Below, one piece after another: positions 1 to 11,452 of a stretch of 44,701 nt of DNA. A program made the translations under genes and the position numbers. The notes under the pieces are model-generated. The model saw only the letters and a program-made list of their open reading frames with translations, did no database searches and was not told the origin of the DNA. Every line of letters begins with the position of its first letter. Position 1 is the first letter of the stretch. The stretch spans positions 53,193,826-53,238,526 of the forward strand of contig NC_068992.1 in assembly GCF_001194135.2 (NCBI RefSeq), in the 5' to 3' direction. Origin of the DNA: Octopus bimaculoides (Eukaryota).

Positions 1-287
1 CCTAGCTCAGATACCAGGAAACCCCAAAATGGCTGAAGTCCAAAAGATAGTGCTCATGGGAACTGCCCATATCCTACGTAAAATACTGTCTATGTGATCT
101 CAAATTTTAAAGCAAACATAATTTTCTTATGGTTTCTTAAACATTCACTTGAACAAAACTGTACAAATCCAAATATATGGTACCCTAGGCATAACACCTA
201 CATGAACTTCTAACTTGTTGTCTCTTGAGGTCTCTGGGTGAGACTTGGATCCAACTTGTACAAATGCAAAACAAAAGTCAAACATAA
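1..287 (+). mobile_element. 3' end of an RLE (R4/Dong-like) non-LTR retrotransposon: ORF C-terminus plus 3'UTR
   Basis: Frame 2-97 reads LAQIPGNPKMAEVQKIVLMGTAHILRKILSM*, matching the xQK..L.GTA.ILRKVL C-terminus of R4-type RLE ORFs and the three other copies in this window. A ~190-bp 3'UTR runs directly into an (AAT)n tail. The element is cut by the window edge. Confidence 0.8.
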
Positions 288-396
288 AATAATAATAATA
301 ATAATAATAATAATGATAATAATAATTAATGATGATAATTATGATAATAATAATACCATTATTGTTATTATTACCATCATCATCATTATTATTATT
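288..396. repeat. Opposed trinucleotide arrays: (AAT)n/(GAT) followed by (TTA)n/(TCA)n
   Basis: Read directly. The left part is the tail of the + element at 1-287 and the right part is the tail of the - element at 397-640. Confidence 0.9.
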
Positions 397-640
397 CTTT
401 CGTATCACAGTGTAGGTATAAATGCACGAGAGTCTTTAGACATCTGTCAAGTCACAACAAAGACCTCAGACAGATTATACTTTCTATAAGATGTGCGATG
501 TGCTAGATAAGGTTGCTTTTTGCAACACATCAATCTTTCCATTGGATTCAAGTTTCAATGGGATTGAGCCCAACGTTACGATCACCACTGGCATCACTTT
601 TACATTACCCTCTCGTATTACATACAGTCTTCCCATTCTC
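397..640 (-). mobile_element. Degenerate 3' fragment of an RLE (R4/Dong-like) non-LTR retrotransposon
   Basis: My minus-strand translation gives MGRLYVIREGNVKVMPVVIVTLGSIPLKLESNGKIDVLQKATLSSTSHIL*KV*SV*. The 3'UTR motif GTCTGAGGTCTTTGTTGTGACTTGACAG is shared with the copy at ~21 kb. It ends in an (AAT)n tail on its own strand. Confidence 0.7.
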
Positions 641-823
641 ACTAGGCCCCACCTGCGATGTCATGCACTGTTTATCTTGATATGGGATCACCATGTCGCG
701 CACATATGGTTGTGATGCACGTGCCTGGTGAACCCTTATCAGACGAGTAGTCATGATGGGTATAATGGGCTTCGTATATTTTACTCCAGTGTCACTTTGA
801 TGACATCCACTGCTCTCTCACTC

Positions 824-868
<45 letters not shown>

Positions 869-870
869 AA
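641..870 (+). mobile_element. 3' part of an unclassified retroposon with an (AAT)n tail
   Basis: A GC-richer block (641-823) ends abruptly in (AAT)n at 824-870 and abuts the 5' break of the RLE fragment. From memory it resembles an abundant octopus repeat; the family is not verified. Confidence 0.45.
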
Positions 871-1704
871 GGTTTCATATTAGCTACTCAAGACCAAAGC
901 TTAGTAATCCATTCATGTTAGGATTTGCGACAAATTGACCTTCAGGACGGCCCTCCACTTTTAATTTTTTTTTTTTTTTTTTTGCTCTCAAAATTTTGCT
1001 TCCAGCCTGCTTCGAACTGCAAACTTCATTCATAATCACAACATTAGACTGTGTCATTCACGTGAATTTCCTCATATTCAGCAAATTTTCATCAAATATT
1101 CTACTGAAAGGTATATGAGGAATTTGAATGTCAAAAAATATCTTTTCATCACTTGATAAAATATTTGATTATAGACACGCTATTTTTAATAGCGAATTAT
1201 ATATGAATTATCGCATAAAGCTTTTATGTGAGATATGATGTCATTTATGTACCAAGAATCCTCATAGCACGCACTAATAAAAATATGTCCCACGCAACTC
1301 TCTATTTGTGATGCCATATAAATGATACCCATCAATCATATATTTTAGCGTTCCCCACTTACGGGCCAATTTGCTCTAAAATAATATCCAAGATTTTCAT
1401 TACACATTAGCAAACACACAATTTTATATAACTTTTCTTTGGGGACATATTTTCGAAAGTGAGAATCGGTTTCAACTCATGAAGTGTTACGGGTAAATAA
1501 GCCCACTTATTTAGTAATAATATAATCAAGCACAAAATATAAAAAATTATAGTGGAGATTGAAAGTCTATTCCCCACAAAAATATTCTGTACTCTGCTGA
1601 TTATAAGAAATAAAGTTCAAAACTGAGTTCAAATTCCCCACTTCTAGAAAAAAATAAAATTTTTGTCACACAACCAATAAATAATACAGGTATTCTTATA
1701 TATG

Positions 1705-1739
<35 letters not shown>

Positions 1740-2337
1740 ATGGATGTATATATATGAATATATATATATATATATANNNNNNNNNNNNNNNNNNNNNNNN
1801 NNNNNNNNNNNNNNNNNNNNNNNNNNNNNNNNNNNNNNNNNNNNNNNNNNNNNNNNNNNNNNNNNNNNNNNNNNNNNNNNNNNNNNNNNNNNNNNNNNNN
1901 NNNNNNNNNNNNNNNNNNNNNNNNNNNNNNNNNNNNNNNNNNNNNNNNNNNNNNNNNNNNNNNNNNNNNNNNNNNNNNNNNNNNNNNNNNNNNNNNNNNN
2001 NNNNNNNNNNNNNNNNNNNNNNNNNNNNNNNNNNNNNNNNNNNNNNNNNNNNNNNNNNNNNNNNNNNNNNNNNNNNNNNNNNNNNNNNNNNNNNNNNNNN
2101 NNNNNNNNNNNNNNNNNNNNNNNNNNNNNNNNNNNNNNNNNNNNNNNNNNNNNNNNNNNNNNNNNNNNNNNNNNNNNNNNNNNNNNNNNNNNNNNNNNNN
2201 NNNNNNNNNNNNNNNNNNNNNNNNNNNNNNNNNNNNNNNNNNNNNNNNNNNNNNNNNNNNNNNNNNNNNNNNNNNNNNNNNNNNNNNNNNNNNNNNNNNN
2301 NNNNNNNNNNNNNNNNNNNNNNNNNNNNNNNNNNNNN

Positions 2338-2381
<44 letters not shown>

Positions 2382-3501
2382 GTATGTAGGAATAATTATC
2401 TTAGAACGTTCAATTCATCTCAGTTGATCAATAGACCAATTGTGTAAACCTATCCGTAATGTACCTATAATGACTACTGGAAACAGCTGTAAGTTAAATT
2501 TGCTCTATTAAAGGAATTATATGTAAGGACCATTATTTTTAACTTTATTCTTTGATACGTGTGTGTGTATGTGTGTCTGTGCGTGCGTGTGCGTGTATGC
2601 ATGTATGATGTAGGTATATATATATAGTTATGTATGTATCTACGTATAGATACGTATCTACGTTTGTATGTATGTACATATATACGTACCTACGTATGTA
2701 TCTATGTATATATGTACGTATGTATGCGCGCCCACATTCAGTTTAAAATGTGAAATGTGTTATGCATCAAGTTTTTTAACCTTTGTTTAGATAGAAAAAT
2801 AGATAATATTACCTTTATGATCTTCGGTCCATGCATATTATTTCGCAGTACATATTATAAACATGATAACATAATTGTGTAAACATCCTCATATTTGAAT
2901 TTCGTTGGATGGCAATGATACGCAATTCTAATATAAAGAGTAAAGCGAAGGGAATACAAGATATTTACACTAGCATCTGTTATTCCATAAAACACCACGC
3001 ATCGCATATAATTTTCACAAGATTTCCTTCTTTAAAATATCCCTATTCAAGTCTCATGGGTTTTCTTTATTCCCAGCATTTTCATTTTCAGATCTTGTAT
3101 TTTTTTTCTATTGTTTTCTTTGTTTTACTTTTATTTGTTGATCCACCTTTATATTATGTTACATGTTCTACACTTCTGAAAATTGATTTTCTTCTTCAAA
3201 ATATACCATTTATTTACATGCTGTTGTTACTTCTCCTTGTGCCCTCTTTTCTTTTTCATTGTATTCGGTATACGCTCATATATTGTAGAAGATACCAGAT
3301 AATATCATTTACACAGATTATTCAAAAGAAGCGGCCTCTGAAAAACTAAATAACAAGACACATTTGTCTTTCAAAGCAGGAAAGCTGGAAACTTTGAGGT
3401 CATTTGCTAAATACGGTAAAATATCATAAATACCAAAAGGAATATTCTGTGTGCATATTCATACATATGCACACACATACATACATATATATATTTAGAT
3501 T

Positions 3502-3524
3502 TGTGTGTGTGTGTGTGTGTGTGT

Positions 3525-3570
<46 letters not shown>
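3502..3570. repeat. Compound microsatellite (TG)n-(TAG)15
   Basis: Read directly; it abuts the truncated end of the L1/Tx1 endonuclease fragment. Confidence 0.95.
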
Positions 3571-4490
3571 GAGCACTCCTTCCAGTCGCCTACTAACGCT
3601 AATGAGCGTGATATACTTGGGGAAAGAATCTTGACGTCCAAAGATCCGGGACCGCTTGGGCATAGACTACCACTAGTTTGAAGGCTCCACCGTTTCATTC
3701 CTTCCTGTTACATCCAAACCACCTGTAGTAACCTTCAGATCAAGGCATTTTTGAAACACCACGACATTTGTACCTCCACAATCAGATCTGGGGAGGCACA
3801 AACCTCGTAGTCGTCCAGAAATAAAACAAGTGATTGCGTTTAGAAAATCCTAGTCGGCTACTACATCCAGATGCAGTGTCTTGAGGTCGTTGATCAAGTG
3901 AGCCCGTTTCCGCGCAAACCTCAGGAAACGAGCATTTAATCTACTTATTCTTAGAATTGACATTCTATAAGGCAGAGAGAAACAAAAGAGGAGTAACTCA
4001 CTTACTCTAGTCACAGGTTGGTACTTTTATGGGGCTTTTGAACTTGCCTTCCAATATTCCTTTGAAATCTTCCACATCATGCAGGAAAAATTTACTCAAA
4101 ATACAAAGAATGTTAGGCGTTGTCCTTATCAAACCCCTCCCTTCCCAGATTTGGGGAAAGGTGAGAGCATGAAAACCTTCACCTGTTGTCAACATTTTAT
4201 TTTTATTAGATTCTACAAGCTTCAACAATTGCACGTTCTCTTTCCATTGGACAGTGTAATTGAGAAACTCGTCCGTGAGATGTTGTTATAATTGTTTTGC
4301 CTCTAGTGCCTCTTGTGGTTCATGTTGTTGGTTTTGCTGTGTCTCTTATTTTTACTCAGAATATTCAGTTGTTGATGTCGTTGCAGATGATTTATCGCTT
4401 GCTATAGTCATCATTGTTTCTTTCTCTTTTTCTTTTGTTTTATTTTGGGGTGTAGTCGCTGAGGTTGTCGGCCTGCTGCTTTGAATACGA
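3571..4490 (-). mobile_element. Decayed L1/Tx1-clade LINE fragment: ORF1 C-terminus, spacer and N-terminal APE endonuclease of ORF2
   Basis: ORF2 starts at ATG 3963-3961: MSILRISRLNARFLRFARKRAHLINDLKTLHLDVVA. After frameshifts come GGTNVVVFQKCLDLKV, AFKLVVVYA and SRSLALVGDWK, which are APE motifs (LNxxG, DVVxxQET region, GGV, VYAP, GDFN) in the correct order. Upstream is an S/T/Q/E-rich, stop-interrupted reading frame ending at TAG 4009-4007, as expected for ORF1. Confidence 0.75.
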
Positions 4491-6008
4491 GATTAAGCGC
4501 ACTGTTTTCAAGTTTACTGAGTTTGATGCCAACCAGTGGAACAAGAGCCAAGACCACATGGTTGAGAAGCCGGCTTCTCTCTCAACTTCTCAACCACACT
4601 TGCGCTTAAAAGTTTATGTAAACAGTCTATGAGTGGGCTTGAACCAATAGCATTTTGGTCAAAAGCCAAATTCTGATATTTTATTTATCTTAAAATATTA
4701 CTTACTTCATTTCATATTGTTAAATAATTTTATTATTTCTTTCGTCTATTTTAATCTTGTTTGCTGTCCCATAATTTTCAAAATCTCACAATTATTTCAA
4801 ACTTTTCTCTACTTCCTTCACATTCGTGAAACTTTGGACATTACCGCCTGTTATGATAATCGGAAATTTGTTATAATCTAATATGATTTAAAATACCTCT
4901 AGTCTCCTTGAAATCCGTCGGCTACATAAGGGTCAAAATCTACTTAACTATGGTTTACGCACTGTATTAAAAGCTCGTTTGGCTAGGCGAGGATAACATT
5001 AAATGAAAATAAAATTGTAATTACGGGAAGAAATTCTGTGAAAGGCGAATTCTTTAGAATAATACTTAAACATGTTTGCACAGTTGGGATATTTTCCAAC
5101 TAATCGAATGATCCATGAATTATATAATGGATTGCTGTATGCGCAGTTGTGATTTAGAGATTGCCATTAGAAGCGAAGTGTGAGCGATGTGTAAATATTT
5201 CTCAAGTTCATTTTATTTCATTGTGTTTTATATTATTATTGTTTAAACATTTCATTTAATAGATTCTATCGAGTTCATATAGCTATACCGTATCAGGGGA
5301 TCAAGATTAAGAGGAAAATAATGATAGACTTATTATGGAAGGAGTGCTTATATTGTCTTCATGTGCATAATTCTATCCAAAATACTAGGCATTAAGTCGG
5401 TTATTTAATGATTAGGAGTGGCACTAAATGATGGTTAATTGAATGGCATTGACTGAAGCGTTGAAATAGCTTGTGGCAACGAATTTTAAAGAGAAGTTGT
5501 TGATTAATATTTTGAAATCTAGAGTGAATGTTATTATGAGACAAACAGAAGTATTCAGGTTGTTAATGTAATTGATTGATCATCTCTGTTCCTCACTCTC
5601 ATATACCCACTATGTTCCTCTGTATGTATACATGTGTAATAGTATGTATATTCATACACACACATATAAATATATGCATGCACATATATACACTAACATA
5701 TATACATTTATATGCATACATAGATATAAATATGTATATAGAGACATGCATACAGATAGATAAATAGATAGATAGTTAGATATGTGCTTAACGTATACAC
5801 TTTGTAAGCCTAGTGCTATAGATATAAATATACAGCGACACATTTTGGTGGTGCCATTTTTATCACATGCTCTCATTCATGAAAATCAAGTGAAGAATAA
5901 CATGTCATGGAGCACATTGTCGTAGCATCTCGGATAACGTTTTTAATTTCCAGTCCTGTTATCTCAAGTGTCACATGTATTGTATTTGAAATTTATCACA
6001 AAACTGAA

Positions 6009-6675
6009 ATGTGCATTCCCATCATCAACTGCCGAAACGAATATCNNNNNNNNNNNNNNNNNNNNNNNNNNNNNNNNNNNNNNNNNNNNNNNNNNNNNNN
6101 NNNNNNNNNNNNNNNNNNNNNNNNNNNNNNNNNNNNNNNNNNNNNNNNNNNNNNNNNNNNNNNNNNNNNNNNNNNNNNNNNNNNNNNNNNNNNNNNNNNN
6201 NNNNNNNNNNNNNNNNNNNNNNNNNNNNNNNNNNNNNNNNNNNNNNNNNNNNNNNNNNNNNNNNNNNNNNNNNNNNNNNNNNNNNNNNNNNNNNNNNNNN
6301 NNNNNNNNNNNNNNNNNNNNNNNNNNNNNNNNNNNNNNNNNNNNNNNNNNNNNNNNNNNNNNNNNNNNNNNNNNNNNNNNNNNNNNNNNNNNNNNNNNNN
6401 NNNNNNNNNNNNNNNNNNNNNNNNNNNNNNNNNNNNNNNNNNNNNNNNNNNNNNNNNNNNNNNNNNNNNNNNNNNNNNNNNNNNNNNNNNNNNNNNNNNN
6501 NNNNNNNNNNNNNNNNNNNNNNNNNNNNNNNNNNNNNNNNNNNNNNNNNNNNNNNNNNNNNNNNNNNNNNNNNNNNNNNNNNNNNNNNNNNNNNNNNNNN
6601 NNNNNNNNNNNNNNNNNNNNNNNNNNNNNNNNNNNNNNNNNNNNNNNNNNNNNNNNNNNNNNNNNNNNNNNNNNN

Positions 6676-6745
<70 letters not shown>

Positions 6746-7043
6746 TAAAAAAAAAGGTTTAGTTATATATACATACTTAGGTACATATACATGCATACCA
6801 ATACTTATGTCACAAGATCTCCCAAAACAAGATACCAATAGTTAGTCGTTGTCTAAGCGTAATTAAGCTACGTACGAAGAGGAACAATATCAAAGTAAGC
6901 CATCCACACACACTGTAAATACACAATCACTTTCCATTTTAAAAGAATGAAGGATAATCCAGAATAACGACAGCAAAATATAGCATATTCACATCGAGCA
7001 TATCATATGTGCATTCCCATCATCAACTGCCGAAACGAATATC
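6009..7043 (+). repeat. Exact 37-bp direct repeat (6009-6045 and 7007-7043)
   Basis: ATGTGCATTCCCATCATCAACTGCCGAAACGAATATC occurs twice; the first copy ends exactly at gap 6046. Confidence 0.95.
6676..6742. repeat. (AG)n microsatellite at gap edge
   Basis: Read directly. Confidence 0.95.
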
Positions 7044-9174
7044 ACTATGATTTCGACTTTAGAGCAGCAGAACCATTCATTACGGCGGTGTCCACTGCTT
7101 TAAAATTACAAGCACTGCCTGGGATCCTCTAGCTTGTTAATTATTACTTAGTAACAGCATAAGTGTAAACATATACTAATAACTTATAGCTACATTTATA
7201 ACAGGAAGGAAACTAATTCCCAAAAGTGTAAAACAGACAAAATAGCAAGCATAGGCATCTGAATATATTGTTCCCCAATCAACACAGCATCACAAACAAG
7301 ATATTACAGCTCCAAATACTTAATAACGATTAGTGGACGAGGAATCTCGTAAACAACGCCACCGAACTACGGACAATGTTAGATCAATATCTATGAATAA
7401 AAGTTCAATAATGCACAATATATCATACAAATAAGCTGCTTACCAAAAGTAAAATTATAAAAAAATAATATGAAATTTAAAATTAAGCAAAGAGTATATA
7501 CGTATATGTCCATCTATAATTAAAACAAATATTAAATAAAACTCTTTAACTGCAAAGAGACTAAATAATCCATTATAAATAATCAGCCAACGAGCTTGTT
7601 ATTTGGGAACAAACCAAATAGCACTTAATTAAAGAATAAGTAGATATCTATGTATTTTAAATATACACCTATTATACATTTAAAATCTATGAATATTGAA
7701 CATTTCCCTGAACAAATTGGTACGGAGATAATGCTACATGAACTGAAATCCAACGTGTTGCGAAGAGATTAACAGAAACCATACTAACGGGTTAACCCTA
7801 AACATTCAAACACTGAATATATATATAATAGATTATAAACACAATCTGTCCGTACTAATGCTTGGCGGAAGAAATGTCGGAGGAAATACTCAGAATATTC
7901 GTTATCCATACATGTAGATGGACGTGTATGTATGGTGTGTGTGAATATTTCATGTTTTTTTTTTTTTTAATACCATGTGTGTGCATGAGGTTTCAATCTT
8001 AGTAAAATGTTTCAATGCAAACTACTTGCGAATTGTTGAGACTTTATGATAACTTTCACAAATCTTTTGCGCTTAATCACGACTCACTCATTACACGTTA
8101 ATAAGGTCCTATTTGTGGCAAACATACACACAAATAACATGAATCTATATCCACTCACGCGTATACTGGTTTAGACTTTATACCAGCTGTCTTGCATACA
8201 CACGAAGGCAATCGGCCTTTATATAAAATACTGTAAAATTTAAAGATATTAGCATGCATCAAGATGTGTAGATTGCGTTATTATAGCACTTTCTCGCTGA
8301 AAAACTTGTTGGGATTTTGCCTGTAAGTTGCTATAAAGAGAATCTATCAATTCTAACGTTATGTGCTTATATAAGCGCAAATCTTAATCTCTACATTAAT
8401 GCAATGTAGGGATCCGATTGTTGATAAAACAATCTATTACGTGCTTAATATGTAATTTTTAGGTGCGAAAGATTCCTAAAATCCCCTCACAAATCCCCAG
8501 AATCATGCGTTATCTATTTGTGTATATTTTTATCTAATGACAATAACATAAAATTTGTCTCTGTATGTACATAGGTGTGTTGTGGGAATGCATGCTTTTG
8601 CATGTTTTTGCGTGCCTAAATATGTTGTAATGTATGTTCGTGTATGCGTGTGTCCATAAGTGTGCTCAGTTCTTACAAATTTTTTTAGTTAAATCTTCTT
8701 TCATGTTGAAAAATATGTGTTTGTGAGAGAACGATATTACATGTGGTTGCGTGACTTGTCACGAGTAAGTATGAATTTATAGATCTACGGCTACCTTCAC
8801 TTCCTTATCAAGCCCATAATCTTTAATTTAATGAACCCTAAATAACAACCCATTCCCTTAAAATTGTTACAAGATTAGATTAAACTATAATATTTCCGTG
8901 GTAAATAAACACGATTGGAACGCAGAAAAACTTTCACGTTATGGCAGAATGGAAGTTAATAAGGATCCAACTCTATCTCCAAAATATTCGTTCCTATGAA
9001 ACAGATTTTAAGAGAAACCTCATGTGCTACACAAAACGAAATAAAATAAAATTCAGATTGAGGTTGGAAATGATACAGATTACACTTTTAGCTATGTTTG
9101 TAGCACTCAAACTGCTAATATTAAACACCCAAATCCTAATCAACATTTCATTTCCTGTGAAACAATTTCTCTTT

Positions 9175-9197
9175 TTCTCACTCTCTCTCTCTCTCTA

Positions 9198-9263
<66 letters not shown>

Positions 9264-9366
9264 GCTTCCTTTCTCACTATTTTACGCTCACTCTCTCTCC
9301 CTTTCACTTTCTCTGTAACTCTCTCTCCCTTTCTCACTCTCTCACTATCTCTCCCTTTCACTCTCT

Positions 9367-9410
<44 letters not shown>
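9175..9410. repeat. ~235-bp (CT)n-based polypyrimidine tract with a nascent 26-28-bp periodicity
   Basis: Two pure (CT)n runs flank three copies of TCTCTCCCTTTC at 9294, 9322 and 9348. Confidence 0.9.
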
Positions 9411-9414
<4 letters not shown>

Positions 9415-9751
9415 AGTGGGTTGAGCCACTACTCAGGAAGAAACTATTCTAGAAGGGCCTCCTGCCTTATCTTCGAAACGCCTAGTTTTATAACAGAGGC
9501 AGCTGATGAAGGAATAATTTCAAGTGGCTTGTTTGTTTTCCTGTGCTCGTTCTCTTGTCTGTAAACAAAGTCCATTTTGTTTTTATGTCGCCGTTTATCT
9601 TTCTAATGTTCTGTACCCGGATATGCATCTATATATACATGTAGATGTAGGTATGTACATCTATGTATATGCTTATATATCATTTGTATTATTATATCAT
9701 CGAACGCACGCGTCCATTTGCAAGTAAGTTTCAACTTTATANNNNNNNNNN

Positions 9752-9799
<48 letters not shown>

Positions 9800-11008
9800 G
9801 TATGTATGTATGTATGTATATGCATCAAGTTCCTTAACGGAATTAATATCAGAGTATATCCGTAAACAATTTATTTTAAGAATAATTCAGTTCATATTTG
9901 TTCATATTTAGACTGAATTTTATATCTATATAACATTTTTATATTTTTATTTATATTTATAATCACAATTTAACTTTAATTTAGAAAATAATGGGTATAA
10001 AGTGGAAGATTAACAGTTTCGCCATTTTATGTGCGATGCTTTGCATATAACATTTATTTCTGACCTTCTAAGTTTGCCGAATGCTATCCCATGTTTTAGT
10101 TTGTAATATCTAAAAGTACATTCGATTAGATCAATGAATCATTATTGATATTGTCAATACTACCAGGATACTACATTTCAAAGGTCATAATAACTATTGT
10201 TTGATAAATAGCGAGGAATTATTCACTGAGATATATTACACATAACAAAGCTAATTTATTAGTTTGCGCCAGTACTGAAATATAACCTGCTAAATTATAT
10301 ATGTGCATATGCACAAAGACAAACACACGCGCGCGCGCACACACACACACACACGTCCAAACACACACACAAACACAGACACATACACATACGTATTCTG
10401 GGCGAATGCATAAAGAGGAAGTTATTATTTTGTAATAGTGTTCGCTGTTTCCCTTTTATTTCGGTTTTAGAATGTTTAATGAAATATCCCAAGTATAGAG
10501 CAATGCCCATATGAATGAGAAAGATCAATCAATCTCTTCCGTCCTTGTCAAGGGGAGAGCTAACCACGTCTTCGTTTTTATTTATTTATTTTTATTTTTG
10601 CTACACGTAAATATTCCATACGTGGTGACACATAATCCTAGGAACCACAATATTCCTTCATTCAGAAAACAATATTTCCCAATTCTACATCAGTCATGAA
10701 ATCTCTGAAGAAAATAAAAATTCGCAATTCATCGACAGCCGAAGACAATCACCGTACTCTCATAAGAATTCTAACAATGGCGAGATTCACATCGGAGAAA
10801 GAAATAATACAAGTAACGAACTGTGGAAGCCCTTGTTTTGGGTCAACTTTGATCGGGATCGGTTGCTCAGTACCCAGAACAGTTGGCTTACTTAAAATCC
10901 ATGTGATGTCCATGTATTATGAAAACGAAGTAATAAGAAAATGTGATGATCTTTTGGTGAATCTCCACTCTGTGTGGTGTTATGATACCCACTCCCTCAT
11001 CATTGAAC

Positions 11009-11058
<50 letters not shown>

Positions 11059-11401
11059 ATATAAAGAGAGATATAAGGGGAATCTGTCTCTAGATACATC
11101 TATCTAGATTAAGTGGAAAGAATTTCCAGATTTCCAGAGTGCAGAATATGCAACTATAAGATGTCCTATTAATTATTTTTAGTTTACTTCTAATCTTACT
11201 GTTGAGTGTTTACATGCACATGTAAAGTTAAAGGGCAAAATGTTTTTGTCGACAGTCAGAGGTGGTTTTTAAAAATAAATTAAACCATTAATAGAAGACA
11301 ACATTAAAATTCGCAAATGTCACACAGATTAGATCTATCTAACACTTTCTATCACTCTCCCTCCCCATAGATACAGATACATGCCAACATATACGTATAT
11401 A

Positions 11402-11452
<51 letters not shown>

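Noticed and set aside
145-489. Poly-I/poly-N/poly-Y ORFs, and similar CV, HT, YI, LS, poly-R and poly-L ORFs elsewhere
   Set aside because: These are microsatellite translations with no protein-like complexity.
1068-1453. Short inverted repeats (10 bp at 1068/1113; 12 bp at 1280/1442) suggesting a DNA transposon
   Set aside because: The symmetry does not extend, there is no TSD, and such matches are expected by chance in AT-rich DNA.
2909-3349. 146-aa hydrophobic ORF resembling a membrane protein
   Set aside because: The F/L/I/Y richness follows from a T-rich strand. I see no recognisable motif or supporting splice structure, and this length is achievable by chance in 45 kb.
10696-11064. 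122-aa ORF in non-repetitive sequence
   Set aside because: No recognisable domain, and it ends in a microsatellite. A BLASTX/RNA-seq check would be needed; I cannot support it as coding.
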